A DNA stretch of 64,000 nt from Promethearchaeota archaeon (GTDB lineage Archaea; Asgardarchaeota; Lokiarchaeia; Sigyniarchaeales; SOKP01): contig JAEOUA010000010.1 in assembly GCA_016839555.1 (NCBI GenBank), forward strand, positions 440,142 through 504,141, given 5' to 3'. How positions within the stretch are numbered: position 1 is the stretch's first letter; the number at the start of each line of letters is the position of its first letter. A model generated the notes under the pieces. The model did not search any database, had not been told where the DNA came from, and saw nothing but the letters and a program-made list of their open reading frames with translations. The translations under genes and the position numbers were made by a program. Shown here piece after piece: positions 30,634 through 40,990 of the stretch.

Positions 30634-30873
30634 CTAGATAACCCATACAAGTAAGGCCCCAATTGTAGTGATTAGCGAAATAATCAACCCTACGACCCCA
30701 GGTCCTTTAGAATCATCACTAGCAATACCAACAATCGAGAAAACTATTCCAACTCCACCTAAAATAAGCCCTAAATATAACCAGACACTCAATATATTAA
30801 GCCAAATCATTATATTAAAAAAAAGTCCAAAAAGACCACAGAGAAGTCCTAATGTTCCCCAAAATTTACCCAT
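30634..30873 (-). CDS. Small 3-TM membrane protein, paralog 1
   Basis: 79 aa hydrophobic; AGGTGA RBS; similar to 31135-31413. Confidence 0.75.
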   Translation of the reverse strand: MGKFWGTLGLLCGLFGLFFNIMIWLNILSVWLYLGLILGGVGIVFSIVGIASDDSKGPGVVGLIISLITTIGALLVWVI

Positions 30874-31134
30874 TTATTTCACCTTTTTATAATGTTTTTT
30901 ATTTGTTCAAAATAGAATATTAAAATATATAAAAATTATTATTTTTTTTAATTATAAAACTCTATTTTGTGTTAGATCTTAAAGTTTATATTATTTTCAT
31001 GAATTAATATATTTTTCTCTCTTTTTATCTTTATGAAAAATTAAAAATATTTTATGTTATTTTTGAGAGATTATAGGATTCTTTAGTAAAAAAATGAAGA
31101 AAAAAAAATTAAAATAAAAGAAAGGAATAAAATT

Positions 31135-31413
31135 TTAAAACCATGAGGTTACTTCACTTTTAATTTTACTAATAAATGGTATAGCAATATAAGCAGCAAT
31201 AGCGATGATAAGACCTATGATTGAAAAAATTAATCCTACGACTGCTACACCCGGGGAACTATCAGATGCAATCCCCACAATCGAAAAAATTAAACCACAT
31301 GCAGCGGCAATCAAACCCCAAATTGGACTTAGTATCGCAAACCATGCCATAATACTTAAGACGATTCCAAAAAGTGCACAGAGTAGCCCAAGTGTACCCC
31401 AAGCTTTTCCCAA
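31135..31413 (-). CDS. Small 3-TM membrane protein, paralog 2 (TTG start)
   Basis: Shared GK.WGTLGLLC.LFG and FSIVGIASD.S motifs; AGGTGA RBS. Confidence 0.75.
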   Translation of the reverse strand: MGKAWGTLGLLCALFGIVLSIMAWFAILSPIWGLIAAACGLIFSIVGIASDSSPGVAVVGLIFSIIGLIIAIAAYIAIPFISKIKSEVTSWF

Positions 31414-31733
31414 ACGATTTCACCTATTGTTTCTTATTTATTTTTTTTTTATTAAAAAATAAAACTATATGTTCTTTTTAAATATTGTGTTTTTAAGAGA
31501 TTTATGTTGCTTTTCTCTTTCAATTTATAATTTACGGCTTTATAATCTAAAATAACACTCTATAAAGAGAAATTAAAGGAATAGTGGGAAAATTGATTAT
31601 CTTTGAGCTTTCTTTTTAAATATATAATCTTGGAGAAAATCTTATTAATAATATATTTTTACCATAGTAAATTTATAATGAAAAAAAAAAGAAACTATAA
31701 TAAAAATAGGAGAAATAGAACAAGGTTAAAAAG

Positions 31734-32822
31734 ATGAATGATTTATATCAAGATCAAATAAACCGACAAAGGATTAAAAAAATTCTCAAGAATTTTTTAT
31801 TTTGGGGAGAATTTTCTGCAAATATGATTTTGATATTCGGCATTGGGTTTTTCTTGTCTTCAGATCTTTCATTTCTAAGCATCTTTTTAACTATAATTCT
31901 CATTCCAATTACCATAACCTTGGATTTTGTCTTAATTCATTTATTTTCAAAAAGAAATACTCTAAATATTAAGAAAAAATTACTAATCTGGTCTTATTTT
32001 ACCTTAAATTTATTATTTAGCTTTACTATAGGAATTACTATTCCATTAATGGAATCCATTTCTCGAATGAACTATGCCCTTTTTATGTTTCCAATGCTCT
32101 TTCTATTAAACTACATACTTCTGAGAAAATTAAATTTTTATATGGAAAACCAGTTAGATAAAAAGGAGTTTTCTAAAAATGGAAAAATTAACCGTCCGAT
32201 TATTGAATTCGAAGGAAAAAATTATACATTTTCTCTATATTCCTTAGGTTTATTGGCATTAGGAGCCCCTCTACTTGCGCTCGCAATATACTTTTTTTTT
32301 GATTGGAATATTAATTACTGGCTCCATGAAATTGTCGTTAAGCAAACAACATTTCTCTTAAATTACTTTTTTGATATGGGAGTTTCTAATAGCTATGTCC
32401 CTATTGGAAAATTTCATTGGAATTTTAACATTCCAGGGAAAGGATCTATTTATTTTGAAACCTTTTGTACTGGAGTTCAGGCGATCTGTATTTTTGCGGG
32501 GATTATTGTATTTACACCCCATAGTAAAGATCCTTACACAAATAGAGATATAATCTGGAGGAAAACGAAATCTTTGATTATTTCCTCTGCCATTTTTTAT
32601 ATAGTGAACATTTTTCGTATGGTAATTCAAATTTATCTTTACTATATAGGATATGCTTGGTCCGACATTCATTATTCTATAAGTGCCGCAAGCAGTTTTA
32701 TTGCAGCGATAATTGTTCTTTTAATGCACAAATGGATACCAGAATTTATTATAAGCTTGATATGGACTTATACTTTAATTAAGAAAAAGATTAAAAAAAA
32801 TAAGAAGATTGAAAAGAAGTAA
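31734..32822 (+). CDS. Archaeosortase/exosortase-family transpeptidase (archaeosortase H-like) with extra N-terminal TM domain
   Basis: Multi-pass membrane protein with Cys (FCTG), Arg (NIFR) and His (SDIH) triad in exosortase order. Confidence 0.8.
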   Translation: MNDLYQDQINRQRIKKILKNFLFWGEFSANMILIFGIGFFLSSDLSFLSIFLTIILIPITITLDFVLIHLFSKRNTLNIKKKLLIWSYFTLNLLFSFTIGITIPLMESISRMNYALFMFPMLFLLNYILLRKLNFYMENQLDKKEFSKNGKINRPIIEFEGKNYTFSLYSLGLLALGAPLLALAIYFFFDWNINYWLHEIVVKQTTFLLNYFFDMGVSNSYVPIGKFHWNFNIPGKGSIYFETFCTGVQAICIFAGIIVFTPHSKDPYTNRDIIWRKTKSLIISSAIFYIVNIFRMVIQIYLYYIGYAWSDIHYSISAASSFIAAIIVLLMHKWIPEFIISLIWTYTLIKKKIKKNKKIEKK

Positions 32823-32875
32823 AGGTCTATTTTATTATAAAATAAATCAATTTTAAACTAAAAGATCTTCTAAAA

Positions 32876-34915
32876 ATGACGAAGGAATATTCAAAAGAAG
32901 AATTAAATGGATTTCCCTTTATGAATAATACTCTTCCTCTCGAAAAAAGGGTGGAAGATTTATTAAATAGACTTACTTTAAACGAAAAATTTAAATTATT
33001 AACTGGAAGGCATCGATGGGAAACAAGTCCGATAAAAAGATTAGGAATTAGACCCTTTTTAATGACAGACGGTCCGAATGGAGTAGCCCCTCATAGTTCA
33101 AATGGAAAACAAGCTACCTATTTTCCAGTCGGTATTTGTAGAGCTTCCACTTGGAATAGATCACTCTGTTATGAATTTGGTAAAGCGATTGCAGCAGAGG
33201 TTAGAGAGATAGGAGCTCATATGATCTTAGGTCCTGGAGTGAATATAATTAGAACACCAATGTGTGGAAGGAATTTTGAATACCAAACTGAAGATCCTTA
33301 TTTAAATAAAGAATTAGCAGTGGAATTTATCAAAGGAGTGCAGAGCGAAAGAATTGCTGCATGTATTAAACATTATATCTGTAATAATCAAGAAACAAAC
33401 CGATATTCTTATAGTGCTGAAGTTTCTAAAAGAGCTCTCAAGGAAATATATTATCCGGCATTTAAAGCGGCAATTAAAGAAGCAAATGTTTTGTCCGTTA
33501 TGGGAGCGTACAATAAAATAAATGGCATATATGCTTGTGAGCATGAAGAATTAATAAAGCAGGAAATGATAAATAAATGGGGATTTGAAGGATTTGTCGT
33601 ATCAGATTGGAATGCTACACAATTTATAAAAAACCCAGAGAATGCTTTAAATGCTCTTTTAACGCTGGAGATGCCAAGGGCAAAAATTTATAAAAGAAAA
33701 GATTTAGAAGAAACGTTTTTAAAAGAAAAATTTTCGATAGAAACTTTAAACGAAAATATAAGAAGATTATTACGAGTTATGTTTTATGTTGGATTGTTTG
33801 ACAAACAAGAAAATCTTCCTAAAGGAAGTCGAAATACTGAAGTTCATCAGAGACTTTCACGTAAGATGGCAGAGGAAGGAATAATTCTTTTAAAAAATGA
33901 AAATAACCTATTACCCTTAAACAAAGCAAAATTAAAAAAAATAGCAATAATAGGACCAAACGCGGATAGAAAATTGGCGGAAGGTGGAGGTTCCTCAAGT
34001 GTACGACCACCTTATGAAATTACCCCTTATCAAGGAATTAAAGAAAAATGTGGAGCTAATATAGATGTTATTAACACTGTTTCTGAAGCTGATGTGGTCT
34101 TTTTAGTTATGGGACTTAATCATGAGCCTGGAAACGATTGCGAAAATGCGGATCGAATTTCTTTTGAACTACCTTCAGACCAAATTGATTTGATTAATAA
34201 TACCCTTGAAGTTAATTCAAATACCATCATAATCTTAATAAATGGCAGTCCAATCTCCATGAAAGGTTGGATTAAAAAAGCTCCAGTAATTGTAGAAGCA
34301 TGGTATCCCGGGTTAGAAGGAGGACGAGCATTAGCAGATATCATTTTTGGAACCGTCAATCCCTCAGGAAAATTGCCAATAACCTTTCCGAAAGAGCTTT
34401 CAGATTCTCCGGCTCATATTTCTCAAAAATCTTATCCCGGAACTGAAGATAGGAAGGTTTTCTATGAGGAGGATATTTTTGTGGGATATCGATATTTTGA
34501 TACTAAAAATATAGATCCTCTGTTTCCCTTTGGATTTGGTTTATCATATACCTCCTTTAATTATGAAAACATTCAATTAGACAAAAAATATCTTTCTGGA
34601 AATGATGTGCTAACCATTAAGATGGATATAATCAATACTGGAAATCGAGAAGGCGCTGATATTATCCAATTATATATCCAAGATATAGAATCAGGCTTAA
34701 AAAGACCAGTAAAGGAGTTAAAAGAATTTTCTAAAGTTAATTTGAAACCTAACCAAAAAAAAATAATATCATTCAAGATTGATAGAAATGATTTGGCTTT
34801 TTATAATCAAGATACTAATACTTGGACTATAGAGGATGGAAATTTCAATATCTTATTGTCAAAATCATCAAGAGATATTTGGCTTAAAGGAGATATTGAA
34901 TATGAACAAAAATAA
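32876..34915 (+). CDS. GH3 beta-glucosidase/beta-xylosidase
   Basis: MTDGPNG, GRNFEY..EDP, IKHY, VVSDW nucleophile, NPSGKLPITFP, FPFGFGLSYT, Fn3-like C-terminus. Confidence 0.95.
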   Translation: MTKEYSKEELNGFPFMNNTLPLEKRVEDLLNRLTLNEKFKLLTGRHRWETSPIKRLGIRPFLMTDGPNGVAPHSSNGKQATYFPVGICRASTWNRSLCYEFGKAIAAEVREIGAHMILGPGVNIIRTPMCGRNFEYQTEDPYLNKELAVEFIKGVQSERIAACIKHYICNNQETNRYSYSAEVSKRALKEIYYPAFKAAIKEANVLSVMGAYNKINGIYACEHEELIKQEMINKWGFEGFVVSDWNATQFIKNPENALNALLTLEMPRAKIYKRKDLEETFLKEKFSIETLNENIRRLLRVMFYVGLFDKQENLPKGSRNTEVHQRLSRKMAEEGIILLKNENNLLPLNKAKLKKIAIIGPNADRKLAEGGGSSSVRPPYEITPYQGIKEKCGANIDVINTVSEADVVFLVMGLNHEPGNDCENADRISFELPSDQIDLINNTLEVNSNTIIILINGSPISMKGWIKKAPVIVEAWYPGLEGGRALADIIFGTVNPSGKLPITFPKELSDSPAHISQKSYPGTEDRKVFYEEDIFVGYRYFDTKNIDPLFPFGFGLSYTSFNYENIQLDKKYLSGNDVLTIKMDIINTGNREGADIIQLYIQDIESGLKRPVKELKEFSKVNLKPNQKKIISFKIDRNDLAFYNQDTNTWTIEDGNFNILLSKSSRDIWLKGDIEYEQK

Positions 34916-34977
34916 ATATATTAATAAAAAATTAAAAAAAAAATAGTATTTTAAATTTAATAGATAGTTAAATTTTT

Positions 34978-35679
34978 TTAAGGTGTTCCGGTTGTAGTGG
35001 TTTTTGGAGTTGTTGTTCTTTTTGGAAGGGGTGCAGCTCCTTGAATTGAAATAACAAGTAAGAGGATTGATATTAATACTACGACAAGTGCCGGGATGCT
35101 AATCAAATAGAATCCAAAAGAAGGTAGTGTTTTTGTGGTTAATAAGAAAAATGATAAGCTGTTATAATTTAGTAGAAAAACTTGGAATATCAAATAAAGA
35201 TTTTCTACTCCATCAACTAAACGTCCCCTAAAAATAAAATATTCGATAAGTGCAAAAATAATCGCCGCCCCTCCTAATATGAGATAAATAATCGGGATAA
35301 TGATTGATTTATTCTTTAAGAATCCTAGAAATTCTACTTTATCTTTTAATAACTCTAAAAGACCAAAAATGGCAATTACTGCTCCCAATATTAATATTAT
35401 AATTGATAAAACACTAAAAGATCCAGGAACTATTCCCGAAAAAAGTGAAGTATACAAAGTAGAACCAAGTAATGGAATATCTTGATACGCTATCGCAACT
35501 ATCTTACTAAATAAAGGATTAAATGTTATATCTATTTTTGAAAATATCACATCTATCGTAGCCATGCTAAATGGTATTAATGTTCCAATTACTGCTAATC
35601 CTCCGGCGATTATTAGAAATATTCCGATATATTCAATAAATATATCTAAAACTTTTTTTAGAGAATCTTTTAAACTCAT
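34978..35679 (-). CDS. Hypothetical 4-TM membrane protein with Thr/Pro-rich tail
   Basis: Hydrophobic segments; ends PKRTTTPKTTTTGTP. Confidence 0.7.
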   Translation of the reverse strand: MSLKDSLKKVLDIFIEYIGIFLIIAGGLAVIGTLIPFSMATIDVIFSKIDITFNPLFSKIVAIAYQDIPLLGSTLYTSLFSGIVPGSFSVLSIIILILGAVIAIFGLLELLKDKVEFLGFLKNKSIIIPIIYLILGGAAIIFALIEYFIFRGRLVDGVENLYLIFQVFLLNYNSLSFFLLTTKTLPSFGFYLISIPALVVVLISILLLVISIQGAAPLPKRTTTPKTTTTGTP

Positions 35680-35998
35680 TTTTTTTCACCATTAAATTTA
35701 TAAATGATTTCAATTACAAATAATATTTTAATTATATTTAAACTTTATTATTATAACTTCAAAATTCATTTCAATTTAAAATTGGGTTAAAATCTAACAA
35801 ATACTTTATCTAATAAATTCTTATAGGAAATTCTAATGTTTAGATTGGATAAAATTTTTTTTTCTATATATTTATATATCAAAATAAGACAAAGCTAATA
35901 ATACTTGGATAAATGATTTGAATATTTTGAACTAAATAAGAACAGTACTTATTAATTTTATTTAAATTAAAAAATTATATTTTTATACTAATATAAAA

Positions 35999-36808
35999 AT
36001 GATTATAGAGAAAACAATCAAATTAATAGAAGAATTTTATCAAAATCAAGGTATATCAGAGCCAAAAGTTAGTAAGGTAGTAATAGGCTTAGGATATACG
36101 GGTGTGGAACTACTTACTGAATCTTATGGACCAATTTTAGGAGTCGCCCATACACTGCCAGAAGTCATTAAAAAAGATGAATGCAGTAAGATTAACTTTC
36201 CTGGAAAATTAACAGAAAAAAATCTCTATGAGCTATTACATTGGGGGCAAAAAGCTCCAAGTTTAAATAAAATAATTGGGATAGCAACTATTAATGCAGC
36301 TTCACAAGATATAATAAATGTCTATAATCCATATAGATCTCTCAAAGAAGGTTTATTGGAGTATTTGGATATAAAATCTGATACAAAAATAATTTTTATC
36401 GGATTAATTAAACCTATGATACGTCAAATGGCGCAAAAAACAAATAATATAATTATTATAGAAAAAGAATTACCTTTTAATCAAATTTTTAACCAATTTA
36501 AGACCAAAAGAAAAGTGAATGAATTAAAAAAGAATGAGAAAAAATGTGATATATTATTTTGTACGGGAACGACATTAATTAATGATACTTTAGAAAAAAT
36601 ATTAAATCTATTCAGTAGTCATACAAACTTTATTGGAATAATTGGTCCGACGGTAAGTATGATTCCGGATGTTTTATTTGAGTCTGGTGTGGATCTCGTA
36701 GGAGGGATGAATATTAAAAATTCCCAAGAGACATTAAAAATACTCCAAGAAGCGGGAGGGACTAGATTTTTTAAAATTTATGGAAAGAAATACAATTTTA
36801 TAAAATAG
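35999..36808 (+). CDS. DUF364 Rossmann-like (putative metal-chelation) protein
   Basis: VVIGLGYTGV, IGIATINA, TGTTLINDT, IIGPT, G.DLVGG. Confidence 0.8.
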   Translation: MIIEKTIKLIEEFYQNQGISEPKVSKVVIGLGYTGVELLTESYGPILGVAHTLPEVIKKDECSKINFPGKLTEKNLYELLHWGQKAPSLNKIIGIATINAASQDIINVYNPYRSLKEGLLEYLDIKSDTKIIFIGLIKPMIRQMAQKTNNIIIIEKELPFNQIFNQFKTKRKVNELKKNEKKCDILFCTGTTLINDTLEKILNLFSSHTNFIGIIGPTVSMIPDVLFESGVDLVGGMNIKNSQETLKILQEAGGTRFFKIYGKKYNFIK

Positions 36809-37056
36809 TAATTAAATTATTAATTTTTATACTGAACCGGAAATCTTAATTTTATTTTCTCTAATAGTTATAAAAATTATAAGATACAAAATAATACGTT
36901 TTACAAAAAAAATACCATTACTAAATCAATTAATTATTTCAAAAACTTTAAAACAAATTCAAAACCATCAAAATGCTTATATATTACTTAAAAATAAATA
37001 TATAATTAGTTTTTAACAAAAATTTATTATAAACATAAAAAAATGGTTATAAAGAA

Positions 37057-38550
37057 ATGCGAACTTATTTTCAAAAAATAAAAATTCCATTAATATTGAT
37101 TCTTATCTCAGTAATCTTAATGATTTTCTCGGGAGTCGCAAATTACTTTAACTTTTATAATTCTGGACCTTTTAATATTTGTCTTTTTGGCGCAATAATC
37201 TTTGCTGGATTGTTTTTCGTTGCAATTTTTATAATCTTATATATCTATTTCCATGATTATGTATTTACAATCAAATCATCATCAACAATAAAAGGAAAAA
37301 TCAAAACAATTCTTCGAAATATTTGTATATTTATCTTCGCTTTAGTTATCTCTCTGACCACATTATTAGGAGTTATGCTTTCTTATTATTATACGCGTCC
37401 TGCACCCTCTTTCGAAAGCCCCCCATTTGTATACTTAAATACATGGACTGCAATTCCAAGTGGAGATCAAATAGAGAAACATCATAAATCCAATACGGAA
37501 TTACTTTATTATAACAACAGTTTTTGGATGGTCTATCAAAATAGTAAATGGCATCTAGAGGATAAAAACGGTGAGCTCGTGGTCGCTTGGTCTCCGAATG
37601 CATTAGAAGGAACATGGATCACTGTCGCAAAAATAAAAGCACCTGGATATGATGTACGAGATCCACTGCTTACTGTCATCAATGATACTATGTTTCTGTA
37701 TTTTCTGCCTAATTTTGAGTTTGACCCTGAACCAGAGGTGACTTATTGGTGTAAATCTAAGGATGGGATTCGCTGGACGATACCCCGATTAGTAACAATC
37801 AATGTTTCATATTCAGATGATTCTTGGGGTACCGAATGGCAATGGTGTTTTGGCAGAACAGAGCCTATCACAAATGATAATAAAACTTGGTATGTCATGG
37901 CCTCAGGAAAGAAAGCAATGATAAGAGCTCAGACTATTTTATTAAAAACTAATGATGGTATTTATTGGGAAGAAGTATCAGTGGTTCATGATGCTTTGTA
38001 TTATGAACATTATCAAGGATCAGAAGCTTGTATCGAATTTCTTCCTAATGGAGAGTTGATTTCAACGATACGAATAGCTTCGATGAGTTCGTGGACAGGT
38101 TACATCTTTGGAACACCTCATGCTGGTACAAGTATCGCAAAATCATATGATAATTTAACTAAATGGTCATATGGTGCTGATTTTCAAACTAGACTGGATG
38201 GTGCTCGATTATTCACAATTAATAATAGAACATTTGCGGTAGGTAGAAATCATTTAGGACCTGGCTTGGTTGGGAATCATCTTGGGAGAAAGCGTACTGC
38301 AGTCTACGAAGTAAAACCAAATCGATTGATTCATTTATTTGATCTGCCAAGCAACGGAGACACAGCATATACGGGCGTTTGTGTAGTAAATGGCATTGTG
38401 TATGTAAGCTATTATACTAATCCGATTCAGCATGATCTTCCATGGATTATAGGACTGGCATTTTTTTCTGAATCGGAGATAAGAATAGCAGCATTTAGTG
38501 CTGTAGGTTTATTATATTATGCAAATACGAAAGGTGGGTTGATTGGCTGA
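37057..38550 (+). CDS. Membrane-anchored sialidase-like (BNR/Asp-box) beta-propeller protein
   Basis: 3 N-terminal TMs; H.SNTEL, DVRDP, SKDG.RW and TNDG.YW Asp-boxes, LPS.GDTAY, VSYY. Confidence 0.7.
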   Translation: MRTYFQKIKIPLILILISVILMIFSGVANYFNFYNSGPFNICLFGAIIFAGLFFVAIFIILYIYFHDYVFTIKSSSTIKGKIKTILRNICIFIFALVISLTTLLGVMLSYYYTRPAPSFESPPFVYLNTWTAIPSGDQIEKHHKSNTELLYYNNSFWMVYQNSKWHLEDKNGELVVAWSPNALEGTWITVAKIKAPGYDVRDPLLTVINDTMFLYFLPNFEFDPEPEVTYWCKSKDGIRWTIPRLVTINVSYSDDSWGTEWQWCFGRTEPITNDNKTWYVMASGKKAMIRAQTILLKTNDGIYWEEVSVVHDALYYEHYQGSEACIEFLPNGELISTIRIASMSSWTGYIFGTPHAGTSIAKSYDNLTKWSYGADFQTRLDGARLFTINNRTFAVGRNHLGPGLVGNHLGRKRTAVYEVKPNRLIHLFDLPSNGDTAYTGVCVVNGIVYVSYYTNPIQHDLPWIIGLAFFSESEIRIAAFSAVGLLYYANTKGGLIG

Positions 38551-38833
38551 AGAAGAAAGAGATAGAGAACTAAGCAAAACTCGACAATTCATAATTGAAC
38601 TTATCATCATGTTAATTGTTGGGTTTTTAGTGATTTTTCCATTTTCATTATATGTATATCATTTCTTTATATAATACGGAGGAGATATTCAAATGGGAAG
38701 AAAAGAACTATGGGAATCAATTAAAGAGAATAAATGGACGATTTGGAAATATTTCAGAGCGATTTATTGGATAGCAATATTCACTATATCTGTAGTGTTT
38801 ATACTCATACTTGTAGTCACACTTTTTATCTAA
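38543..38833 (+). other. Small membrane ORF(s): 43-aa and 46-aa in-frame ORFs separated by a single TAA
   Basis: TTG at 38543 overlapping upstream stop, TAA 38672-38674, ATG 38693 after GGAGG, stop 38831-38833; each half has one TM helix. Confidence 0.5.
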
Positions 38834-38926
38834 TTAATTAAATCCTTTTTTTTTATCGTTCTTTTTAATAAAAAATTTTTTAATATCAAATCAATTTTTA
38901 ACGAATATTAAATTAAATAAGTAGGT

Positions 38927-40498
38927 ATGAAAGATTTGAAAAATAACTATATAATTGCTTATGATTTAGGAACAACTGGAAATAAAGCAGCTTTATATGA
39001 TTTAGAATTAAATTTAATTTGTAGTACGACCGGGGATTATTCTCTTTATTATCCTAAAAAAGGATGGGCGGAACAAAACCCAGAAGATTTTTGGAATTCC
39101 ATGATTAAAACCACTAAAGAAATCTTGAATACTTCAAATATTGAGCCAGAGAGCATTCAAGCAATTATTTGCGATTGTCAAATGAATTCAACCATTCCAA
39201 TTGATGGAGATGGAAATCCCTTAATGAATTGTATTAGTTGGCTTGATACAAGAGCAGCAGAAATAACCAATGAGTTTAGAAAGGGGCTAATAAAAATTTC
39301 TGGTTTTGGTCTTAGAAATTTATTCATGTTTCTAAAAATTACTGGAGGTGCGCCTGGTACAAATGGGAAAGATCCAATTTCTCATATTCTATGGTTAAAG
39401 AAAGAAAGACCCGAAATTTATAAAAATACTTTCAAATTTCTTAGCGTTAAGGATTTTATTATTTATAGATGTACTGATGCTGCCGTCACCTCACGTGATT
39501 TAGGAAATACAAGTTGGTTAATGAATACCCATCCAGATATATATACTTGGTCTGATAAAATCTTAGATAAATTAGATATCGATAAGGATAAACTGCCTGA
39601 GATAAGGCTATCTACAGAAGTTGCTGGAAAATTAAATAAAGATGCCGCTAATAATTTGGGGCTGCCTCAGAATTTACCGGTCTATGTAGGTTCTGGAGAT
39701 ATCGCTGCCGCAGCAATCGGTTCGGGAGCTGTAATTGAAAATCAAATCCAAATATGTCTAGGTACTGCTGACTGGATAGGTGCACACACATCAAAGAGAA
39801 AAAAAGATTTACTTCATTATACAGGTTCCATTTGTTCTGCGAAAGAAGATTTTTTATGCCTTTCAAAACAGGAAACAGGAGCTTCTTGTATGGATTGGCT
39901 TTTAAATATTGCCTTTAAAGATGAATTAATTCGATTTAAAGGAGATAAAGCGGGTTTATATTCGCAGTTAAATAAGATAGTAAATGAAACAGAACCGGGC
40001 TCAAAAGATTTATTATTTGCTCCTTGGTTATTTGGCGAAAGAAGTCCATTAAATGACCCCAATGTGAGGGGAGGCTTTTATAATTTAAGTCTCAATCATG
40101 AAAGAAAGGAACTCTTAAGATCAGTATATGAGGGAACCGCATTTAATATAAAATGGGGTTTAACATATATCGAAAAATTGGTAGGAAAAGCGGAAAGTAT
40201 CAGATTAATGGGTGGAGGTGCAAACTCGGATGTCTGGTGTCAAATTTTAGCGGATATTACAAATAGAGAAATTAAGCAAGTAAAAAATCCAGGATTAGCT
40301 AGTGCTCGAGGTTCGGCAGTAATAGCTTTAATTGGGTTAGGAATATTAAAAGATTTTACAGAGGCAGTAACTTTAATTAAATTAGAGCATATATACACCC
40401 CTAATAAAGAAACTCAGGAGATTTATGATACTTTATATAAAGAATTTTTAGAGATATACAAGAGAAACAAAAAAATGTTCAATAATTTAAACAAATAA
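38927..40498 (+). CDS. xylB: FGGY carbohydrate kinase (xylulokinase-like)
   Basis: DLGTTGNKA, GWAEQ.P, WLD.RA, GSGD, P.L.GERSP, EG.AF, GGGA.S..W.QI.AD. Confidence 0.85.
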   Translation: MKDLKNNYIIAYDLGTTGNKAALYDLELNLICSTTGDYSLYYPKKGWAEQNPEDFWNSMIKTTKEILNTSNIEPESIQAIICDCQMNSTIPIDGDGNPLMNCISWLDTRAAEITNEFRKGLIKISGFGLRNLFMFLKITGGAPGTNGKDPISHILWLKKERPEIYKNTFKFLSVKDFIIYRCTDAAVTSRDLGNTSWLMNTHPDIYTWSDKILDKLDIDKDKLPEIRLSTEVAGKLNKDAANNLGLPQNLPVYVGSGDIAAAAIGSGAVIENQIQICLGTADWIGAHTSKRKKDLLHYTGSICSAKEDFLCLSKQETGASCMDWLLNIAFKDELIRFKGDKAGLYSQLNKIVNETEPGSKDLLFAPWLFGERSPLNDPNVRGGFYNLSLNHERKELLRSVYEGTAFNIKWGLTYIEKLVGKAESIRLMGGGANSDVWCQILADITNREIKQVKNPGLASARGSAVIALIGLGILKDFTEAVTLIKLEHIYTPNKETQEIYDTLYKEFLEIYKRNKKMFNNLNK

Positions 40499-40632
40499 TT
40501 CTTTTTTTTAATTTTAACTATTGAAATTTGATGTCTCGTAGTTGGTAAGATTTAAATAATATTGAAATAATTATTTTATTTACTCAAATTCTATATTTAT
40601 CACGAATTAAATAAAAGAGGGTAAAATTAAAA

Positions 40633-40938
40633 ATGATCATTTTAGCTACTCAGTGGACCCCATATAATAAAACTAGTGAATGGTTTAACGTTTTTAAAGA
40701 CGTTCAAGGCAAAATGCCATCATCTATAAGTAAATGGCAAAGTTTCGCTTGTCCTGATGAAGATCGGGGGATTAAAGGATATAATTTGATTATGACCAAA
40801 AAAGAAAATGCTGAAGAAGCTCTGATGGAAATTTCTAAGTTACTCGCTCCTTTCTGGAAGATCGAAGGATTTGCGATGAAATTAGAGATTTTATTCTCTA
40901 TGAGGGACGCTCTTAAAGTAATAGGTAAAAGTTTATAA
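40633..40938 (+). CDS. Hypothetical small soluble protein
   Basis: 101-aa ORF with GAGG RBS; alpha/beta pattern. Confidence 0.65.
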   Translation: MIILATQWTPYNKTSEWFNVFKDVQGKMPSSISKWQSFACPDEDRGIKGYNLIMTKKENAEEALMEISKLLAPFWKIEGFAMKLEILFSMRDALKVIGKSL

Positions 40939-40990
40939 TTAAAAATTAAATATGTTTTTTTTTTTTTCCTTTTTATAGAGAATAATATAA

